From positions 176,515 through 208,514 of the forward strand of contig JAKAFP010000007.1 of assembly GCA_021825925.1 (NCBI GenBank): a stretch of DNA of 32,000 nt. The letters are read 5' to 3'. A program made the position numbers and the translations under genes. Below are positions 26,202 to 32,000 of this stretch, one piece after another; the first letter of the stretch is position 1, and each line of letters opens with the position of its first letter. The notes beneath the pieces are model-generated. The model was not told the origin of the DNA. It saw only the letters and a program-made list of their open reading frames with translations, and did no database searches. Source of the DNA: Chloroflexota bacterium (GTDB lineage: Bacteria; Chloroflexota; Anaerolineae; Anaerolineales; Anaerolineaceae).

Positions 26202-28849
26202 GGCTTATTCACCTTTGGTAATGTGATCGAAATGACCGTACCACCACCATCGCGATTCCTTGCCTGTATGCGTCCGCCAATGGTTTCGATGATCCCCTTG
26301 CATATTGCCAAACCTAATCCAGTTCCATTCACACTCTCAGGTCTTGAAACCCTGTAAAACTTGTCAAAAATCTTTTCCAGATCTTCTTCTGGGATGCCAA
26401 TTCCACGATCGCTGACACTAATGCATATCTCTTTTTCTGTTTGAGAGACCTCAATATCAATTTGTGTATCTCGCGGCGAGTATTTTATTGCGTTATCAAT
26501 TACATTCACCAGCACCTGCCCAAACAATGTAAAATCGAGCGATACCAGGGGCAATCCTTCTGGAATATTAACTGCGATCGGTTTTTTGCCAATGCGATCT
26601 TCAAGCTGGTCAAGAGCGGCACCGATTGCATCCTGAATATCACAGGGTTCAAGCCTCAGATGAATGGCATTGGCTTCCAGGCGAGTCATGTTCAACAGAT
26701 TACCCACCAAACGATTGAGCCGTTCTGCTTCTCCGTAGGCTGTTTCAAGCAGGCTGTTACGATCTTCCTGGTTAATGTTTAACGACTCTTCACGCAGGCT
26801 GCTTAATGCCCCTGTAATACTCACAAGGGGAGTGCGCAAATCATGAGAAATGGAATTCAACAATGCGGTTTGCAGTTTTTCTGTTGCCTGAAGCAATTCA
26901 GCCTGCCGGGCTTGTTCTGCCAGGCTGGCACGTTCCACCGCTAATGCTGCCTGGTTCGCAAAAGCAAACAAGGTCTGCCTCTGATCTGGTGACAGAAATT
27001 TCCCGGTTTCTTTCGGATGGATGCCAAGTACGCCGATCTCGCCACGCGCTGTCTTCAACGGTTGGCAGCGGATCGAAGCGGCAGGCAGGGTGTCTGTTCC
27101 AAGACCTGCAGGCTGGTCATGCTCAAAAGACCAGCTGGCTACTGCCATTTCGTTGGCATCCGGCAGATAATCAACCGTCGCGGCAAACATGCATAATTTT
27201 CCGTTTTCAGGCAGAAAGATGACCGCATCACTACCAAAGGTATTACTGATATGAGAAATAACAATTTCAGCCACTTGATGCAGGTCTGTGGCAGAAGTGA
27301 GCTCCTTGCCTAGTGTATACAATGCTGAGGTGTGCGCTTCTCTTTGATAGGCGGCTTCTGCTTGTTCTTGCGTTCTGGCGGTAAGAGTGCTTACCACCAG
27401 ACTGACCAGAAATAACCCGATAAAGGTAATAAAGTACTGGGTATCTGATACGGCAAAAGTCAAATAAGGAGGAACCAGGAAAAAATCAAATGCCAAAACA
27501 CCCAAAAACGAAGTCAGAAGTGCCGGCCCACGCCCCAAATAGACGGCTGCGGCGACTGTACTGACCAAATAAAGCATCACCAGGTTTACCGGTTCAAGCG
27601 TTGTATGGATGATATTGCCAATGACGGTCACGAGTGCGACCATCACTACTGCTAAAAGATATCTCCAAAAAGGCTGGTGCGGACGCAGATCAACGGGCAT
27701 TTTATTCTGTTTTAGCTCAGATTGCTCGTTGATCACATAAATATCAATATCACCGCTGGTGTAGATCAATTGATCCACGATCGAGCCTGAAAGCAGGTCC
27801 ACCCAGCGCGGACGGATGGGCTTGCCCACCACAATTTTTGTGACATTATGTTTTTTTGCATATGCCAGAACTGCTTCCGGGATGGACTTACCCGTAAGGG
27901 TACGGGTGCGTGCACCCAATTCCTCCGCAAGCTGCATCGTTTTGGCCACACGTTCAACATTGGCACCGTTCAATTCAGGCTTGGTGGTCAGGTTAACGTG
28001 CACTGCAAACCATTCCGCTTTAAGTTCATCAGACAACCTGCGAGTGGTGCGAACCAATTTTTCGGATAAAGGACTTGGGCTGACACATACCAGTAATCGT
28101 TCTGCCACTGCCCACGGCCCCTGGATAGCCCTGGTGCGCATGTAATTCCGCATTTGATTATCAACACGCTCGGCCGCGCGCCTTAAAGACATTTCTCGCA
28201 GCGCCGAAAGGTTGCCCTTGCGAAAGAACTTTTCGATCGCCCGCTTTGCCTGGTCCGGGATGTAGACCTTTCCCTCTTTCAATCTGTTCAGCAATTCATC
28301 TGGCGGAAGGTCAATCACTTCAATTTCAGAGGCATCATCCAGCACCCGGTCTGGAACTGTTTCACGAACCACGACCCCTGTTACCTGTGCCACAACATCG
28401 TTCATGCTTTCAAGGTGTTGAACATTGAGGGTTGTGTACACGTCTATTCCTGCATCCAGAATATCCTCAACGTCGAGATATCGTTTTGGATGCCTCGAGC
28501 CTGGTGCATTGGTGTGGGCAAATTCATCAATCAGCACCAGTTGCGGATGCCGTTTAAGCACTGCATCAGCGTTCAATTCGGGCAGCTTGATATCACGGTA
28601 TTCCACTTGCCTGCGTGGAAGGATCTCAAGTCCGCCAACCAGGGCTTCAGTATCCACACGGTCATGAGTTTCAATATAGCCTATGACCACATCCACACCT
28701 TGCTGCTGTCGTTGGTGGGCGGCTTCAAGCATGGCGTAGGTTTTTCCCACCCCTGCGGCATACCCGAGAAAGATCTTTAATTTCCCACGGGTGGGTTCTT
28801 CCGCCTGGATATTCTTCAATAGCTCGTCAGGATCAGGACGTGTGTTCAT
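26198..28849 (-). CDS. kdpD: KdpD sensor histidine kinase
   Basis: 883 aa; N-terminal KdpD domain (RGKLKIFLGYAAGVGKTYAMLEAAHQRQQQGVDVVIGYIETHDR), Usp-like domain, four-TM region, GAF-like region, HisKA LLNSISHDLRTPLVSITGALS, HATPase. Confidence 0.97.
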   Translation of the reverse strand: MNTRPDPDELLKNIQAEEPTRGKLKIFLGYAAGVGKTYAMLEAAHQRQQQGVDVVIGYIETHDRVDTEALVGGLEILPRRQVEYRDIKLPELNADAVLKRHPQLVLIDEFAHTNAPGSRHPKRYLDVEDILDAGIDVYTTLNVQHLESMNDVVAQVTGVVVRETVPDRVLDDASEIEVIDLPPDELLNRLKEGKVYIPDQAKRAIEKFFRKGNLSALREMSLRRAAERVDNQMRNYMRTRAIQGPWAVAERLLVCVSPSPLSEKLVRTTRRLSDELKAEWFAVHVNLTTKPELNGANVERVAKTMQLAEELGARTRTLTGKSIPEAVLAYAKKHNVTKIVVGKPIRPRWVDLLSGSIVDQLIYTSGDIDIYVINEQSELKQNKMPVDLRPHQPFWRYLLAVVMVALVTVIGNIIHTTLEPVNLVMLYLVSTVAAAVYLGRGPALLTSFLGVLAFDFFLVPPYLTFAVSDTQYFITFIGLFLVSLVVSTLTARTQEQAEAAYQREAHTSALYTLGKELTSATDLHQVAEIVISHISNTFGSDAVIFLPENGKLCMFAATVDYLPDANEMAVASWSFEHDQPAGLGTDTLPAASIRCQPLKTARGEIGVLGIHPKETGKFLSPDQRQTLFAFANQAALAVERASLAEQARQAELLQATEKLQTALLNSISHDLRTPLVSITGALSSLREESLNINQEDRNSLLETAYGEAERLNRLVGNLLNMTRLEANAIHLRLEPCDIQDAIGAALDQLEDRIGKKPIAVNIPEGLPLVSLDFTLFGQVLVNVIDNAIKYSPRDTQIDIEVSQTEKEICISVSDRGIGIPEEDLEKIFDKFYRVSRPESVNGTGLGLAICKGIIETIGGRIQARNRDGGGTVISITLPKVNKP

Positions 28850-28854
28850 TACCT

Positions 28855-29445
28855 TTATTTTATACCTTCCAGAGCAAGATTTAGTTTTAAGACATTCACT
28901 CTTGGCTCACCAAGGATTCCAAACTGCCGTTTCACTGTATATTGATTCACCAACGTCATTACTGCCGATTCCGTCAATCCACGGACCCGGGCTATTCGCG
29001 GAACCTGGTAAAAAGCAGCTGTAAGGCTGATATCAGGATCCAATCCTGAAGCAGACGCAGTCACCAGGTCCACAGGGATCAGATTGGTATTGGTTTTACT
29101 CGAGCCTCTCAATAGACTCACCCGTTCTTGTACATTATTCACCAAGACCTGCGATAACGGGCCAAGATTGGAACCCGACGAGCCGGTCAAAAACTCCTGA
29201 TTATAGGCATTATAAGGATTCGTTGAAGTCGCAGAAGGTCTACCCCAAAAGAATCCAGGCGCTGAAAAATCCTGCCCGATCAATTCCGATCCCAATACCT
29301 GACCTTTGACTTTGAGCAAACTTCCATTTGCCTGATAAGGGAAAACGAGCTGAGCTATCCCTGTCACCAGCAATGGGTAAAAGACACCGGTTACTAACAT
29401 CAATAAAACAAACAAAGTGAGCATCGGACGAAGTTGAGTTTTCAT
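28855..29445 (-). CDS. kdpC: Potassium-transporting ATPase subunit C
   Basis: 196 aa; MKTQLRPMLTLFVLLMLVTGVFYPLLVTGIAQLVFPYQANGSL; SGSNLGP; DPDISLTAAFYQVPRIAR. Confidence 0.97.
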   Translation of the reverse strand: MKTQLRPMLTLFVLLMLVTGVFYPLLVTGIAQLVFPYQANGSLLKVKGQVLGSELIGQDFSAPGFFWGRPSATSTNPYNAYNQEFLTGSSGSNLGPLSQVLVNNVQERVSLLRGSSKTNTNLIPVDLVTASASGLDPDISLTAAFYQVPRIARVRGLTESAVMTLVNQYTVKRQFGILGEPRVNVLKLNLALEGIK

Positions 29446-29612
29446 GAACTAAACACTCCAGATGAAAAAGCAACGAACCAGACAATGGCGCCAAGAAAGA
29501 GCCAAGGCCGCAGCCCCATGGGAATACTAAATGTACTCGGCGTGATCCCTATGATAAACACAGCCAGAGTGGAAACAACACCTGCAATTTTGCCGATCCG
29601 TTTTTTTGTCAT
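29442..29612 (-). CDS. Small two-helix membrane protein encoded between kdpB and kdpC
   Basis: Not in the supplied ORF track. Reverse-strand reading gives MTKKRIGKIAGVVSTLAVFIIGITPSTFSIPMGLRPWLFLGAIVWFVAFSSGVFSS*, with RBS AGGAG before the ATG and an ATGA overlap with the kdpC start. Confidence 0.78.
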   Translation of the reverse strand: MTKKRIGKIAGVVSTLAVFIIGITPSTFSIPMGLRPWLFLGAIVWFVAFSSGVFSS

Positions 29613-29621
29613 ACAAATCTC

Positions 29622-31724
29622 CTAAACCAATCGCAAGAAAGTCAACAGCATATCAATCAACTTGATCCCGATAAATGGAGCGATCAACCCACCCACACCA
29701 TAAAAAAGTAGATTGTCACGCAGTAATTGTGCGGCAGGTTTGGGACGATAAGGAACTCCTTTGAGTGCCAATGGGATCAAGGCGATGATAATGAGCGCGT
29801 TGAAGATCACTGCAGAAAGGATGGCGCTCTCAGGTGAGGTCAAGCGCATGAAGTTCAACTTTTGCAAGATCGGATATGTTGATGCAAACGCAGCCGGAAT
29901 GATGGCAAAGTATTTACTGACATCATTGGCGATACTGAAGGTCGTGAGCGAGCCGCGGGTCATCAACAACTGCTTGCCGATCTCCACGATCTCGATCAGT
30001 TTGGTGGGGTTGCTGTCGAGGTCAATCATGTTCGCCGCTTCACGCGCCGGTTGGGTTCCGGTGTTCATCGCCACGGCCACGTCAGCTTGGGCAAGTGCCG
30101 GAGCGTCATTTGTGCCATCTCCGGTCATTGCCACCAGACGTCCACCTGCCTGGTATTCGCGGATCAATTTAAGCTTGGTTTCAGGTGTTGCCTGTGCCAG
30201 AAAATCATCCACACCAGCTTCAGCAGCGATCGCCGCCGCCGTGAGGGGATTGTCACCTGTGATCATTACCGTCTTGATGCCCATCTTGCGCAGTTGAGCA
30301 AAGCGCTCTTTGATGCCGCCTTTGACAATGTCCTTCAGATGAATGACTCCCAGCGCTTCGCCGTTTTTTGCCACCACAAGCGGAGTTCCACCGCTGTTGG
30401 CAATGCTTTCGACCGCAGGCAGCAAATCATTCGGGATCCTTCTTCCATTAGCATCAATTAATGCAGTCATGGTGTCTGGTGCTCCCTTGCGGATCTGTGT
30501 GCCATTAAAATCCACACCTGAGATCCGTGTTTGCGCGGTAAAGGGGATGAAATGCATTCCGCTTGGAGCCTTTTGACTGGCACCCATGGGTTGCCCACGC
30601 AAGCCGAACAGTTCCTTGGCCAGTACCACGATCGAACGGCCTTCAGGCGTTTCATCCACCAGCGAAGCCAACTGTGCCGCTTCGGCCAATTCGCTCATCT
30701 TTACACCATTGACTGGCACAAAAGCGACTGCCTGACGATTGCCAAGGGTGATGGTTCCGGTTTTATCAAGCATCAAAACATCCACATCCCCAGCAGCTTC
30801 GACTGCCCTGCCAGACATGGCGATCACATTACGTTGGATTAAGCGGTCCATCCCGGCGATGCCGATGGCTGAAAGCAGTCCGCCAATTGTGGTCGGGATC
30901 AGACAAATTAAAAGGGCAATCAAGACAGTGATCGTGATGGGGCTTCCCTGCCCAGCCACATGCACACCGAATTGTGAGAAAGGCAGCAGCGTCATGCAAA
31001 CCACCAGGAACACGATGGTAAAACTTGATAGCAAAATGCTGAGCGCAATTTCATTGGGGGTCTTCTGCCGTTTGGCGCCTTCCACCAGCGAGATCATCTG
31101 ATCCAAAAATCCCTGGCCAGGATCGGCACTGACACGGACAATTAACCAGTCAGAGAGCAGGCGTGTGCCGCCGGTCACTGCAGACCGGTCTCCGCCCGCT
31201 TCACGCACCACCGGCGCGGATTCACCCGTAACGGCGCTTTCATCCACCGAAGCGATGCCTGAAACGATCTCGCCATCTGCCGGTAAAACATCACCCGTTT
31301 CAACCAGGAAGAGGTCATTCTTGTTTAGCTTTGTAGAAGAAACCAGCGTTACTTCATTAAGGGCTTCAATCAGGTTACTTGCGGGTCTGTATAGTTTTTT
31401 GGCGGGAGTGTCCTGCCTCGCCTTGCGGAGGGATTCCGCCTGGGCTTTGCCGCGTCCTTCAGCCAGTGCTTCAGAAAAATTCGCAAAAAGCACCGTAAAC
31501 CATAACCAGATGGCAATCGTGCCGATGAAACTTGCCGGAGCTTCACCTTTCCCAACCAATGCCTGGATCCATAGAACCGTGGTTAGCAGACTGCCAATTT
31601 CAGTGACAAACATGACCGGATTGCGCACCTGGTGCCTGGGATTCAACTTCTTAAAGGCATCAAGGATGGCATGACGATAGAGGTCGCTGCGATTGTTTTT
31701 AAGAATAGGTTTGTTACGGTTCAT
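29622..31724 (-). CDS. kdpB: Potassium-transporting P-type ATPase subunit B
   Basis: 700 aa; phosphorylation motif [13 protein letters not shown]; TGES; [29 protein letters not shown]; [47 protein letters not shown]. Confidence 0.98.
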   Translation of the reverse strand: MNRNKPILKNNRSDLYRHAILDAFKKLNPRHQVRNPVMFVTEIGSLLTTVLWIQALVGKGEAPASFIGTIAIWLWFTVLFANFSEALAEGRGKAQAESLRKARQDTPAKKLYRPASNLIEALNEVTLVSSTKLNKNDLFLVETGDVLPADGEIVSGIASVDESAVTGESAPVVREAGGDRSAVTGGTRLLSDWLIVRVSADPGQGFLDQMISLVEGAKRQKTPNEIALSILLSSFTIVFLVVCMTLLPFSQFGVHVAGQGSPITITVLIALLICLIPTTIGGLLSAIGIAGMDRLIQRNVIAMSGRAVEAAGDVDVLMLDKTGTITLGNRQAVAFVPVNGVKMSELAEAAQLASLVDETPEGRSIVVLAKELFGLRGQPMGASQKAPSGMHFIPFTAQTRISGVDFNGTQIRKGAPDTMTALIDANGRRIPNDLLPAVESIANSGGTPLVVAKNGEALGVIHLKDIVKGGIKERFAQLRKMGIKTVMITGDNPLTAAAIAAEAGVDDFLAQATPETKLKLIREYQAGGRLVAMTGDGTNDAPALAQADVAVAMNTGTQPAREAANMIDLDSNPTKLIEIVEIGKQLLMTRGSLTTFSIANDVSKYFAIIPAAFASTYPILQKLNFMRLTSPESAILSAVIFNALIIIALIPLALKGVPYRPKPAAQLLRDNLLFYGVGGLIAPFIGIKLIDMLLTFLRLV

Positions 31725-32000
31725 CAGAATAACCTTCCTGTGCCAAGCATTAACTGTTGCACAATGGGACCTAATGCCAGAGCAGGCAAAAAACTAAGTG
31801 CCCCAACGATGATAATGACACCGATCAGCCACCCGATGAACAATGGAGTGTGACTGGGCAACGTACCGCTGCTGGCTGGAATACTCTTCTTTTGTGAAAG
31901 GGATCCTGCCATTGCCAACACCGGAACTATGAGTGCAAACCTTGCGATAAGCATTGAAATTCCAAGTGCGATATTGTAAAAAGTTGTGTTTGCGTTCAAA
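31724..32000 (-). CDS. kdpA: Potassium-transporting ATPase subunit A (C-terminal fragment; continues beyond window)
   Basis: ...[80 protein letters not shown]. The TGA stop overlaps the kdpB ATG by 1 nt. Confidence 0.95.
   Translation of the reverse strand, partial: LNANTTFYNIALGISMLIARFALIVPVLAMAGSLSQKKSIPASSGTLPSHTPLFIGWLIGVIIIVGALSFLPALALGPIVQQLMLGTGRLF

Noticed and set aside
29240-29494. 84-aa minus ORF MAPLSGSLLFHLEC...
   Set aside because: It starts at a TTG without RBS and mostly overlaps kdpC out of frame; the 29442-29612 frame explains the kdpB-kdpC gap better.
29434-29625. Plus-strand 63-aa ORF between kdpC and kdpB
   Set aside because: It is antisense to the coupled minus-strand small membrane ORF, which has an RBS and operon-consistent overlaps.

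Overview
This 32 kb window is gene-dense bacterial chromosome. The gene style resembles an anaerobic Chloroflexi/Anaerolineae-like organism, but that is inference only. The standout locus is a two-gene pair at 14187-15464. The first product is a corrinoid-domain plus 5-TM protein with the NVWCAAGK cap-helix signature. The second is a small 2x[4Fe-4S] ferredoxin with CMECGAC. I identify them as the mercury-methylation genes hgcA and hgcB. The pair is preceded by a near-consensus sigma70 promoter (TTGACA-N16-TATAAT) overlapped by a perfect ATTGAC-N12-GTCAAT inverted repeat. It is bracketed by strong intrinsic terminators, so it looks like an autonomous, possibly regulated bicistron. Other content on the minus strand at the left end: a CMD-family protein/MerR operon, a drug-type ABC exporter pair, and a PadR/DUF1048/DUF1048 operon. 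Next come an OmpR-type two-component system followed by a two-PDZ HtrA protease, a small lipoprotein, and an FTR1-like iron permease. These are followed by a periplasmic sugar-binding-type lipoprotein paired with a histidine kinase, a divergent subtilase lipoprotein, a pirin, and two paralogous MFS transporters with a shared upstream motif. The right end holds an unknown lipoprotein, a SBP-fused histidine kinase/receiver/GAF-HD-GYP cascade, and a kdpA(partial)-kdpB-small ORF-kdpC-kdpD-kdpE operon. I saw no tRNA, rRNA, CRISPR array or transposase.
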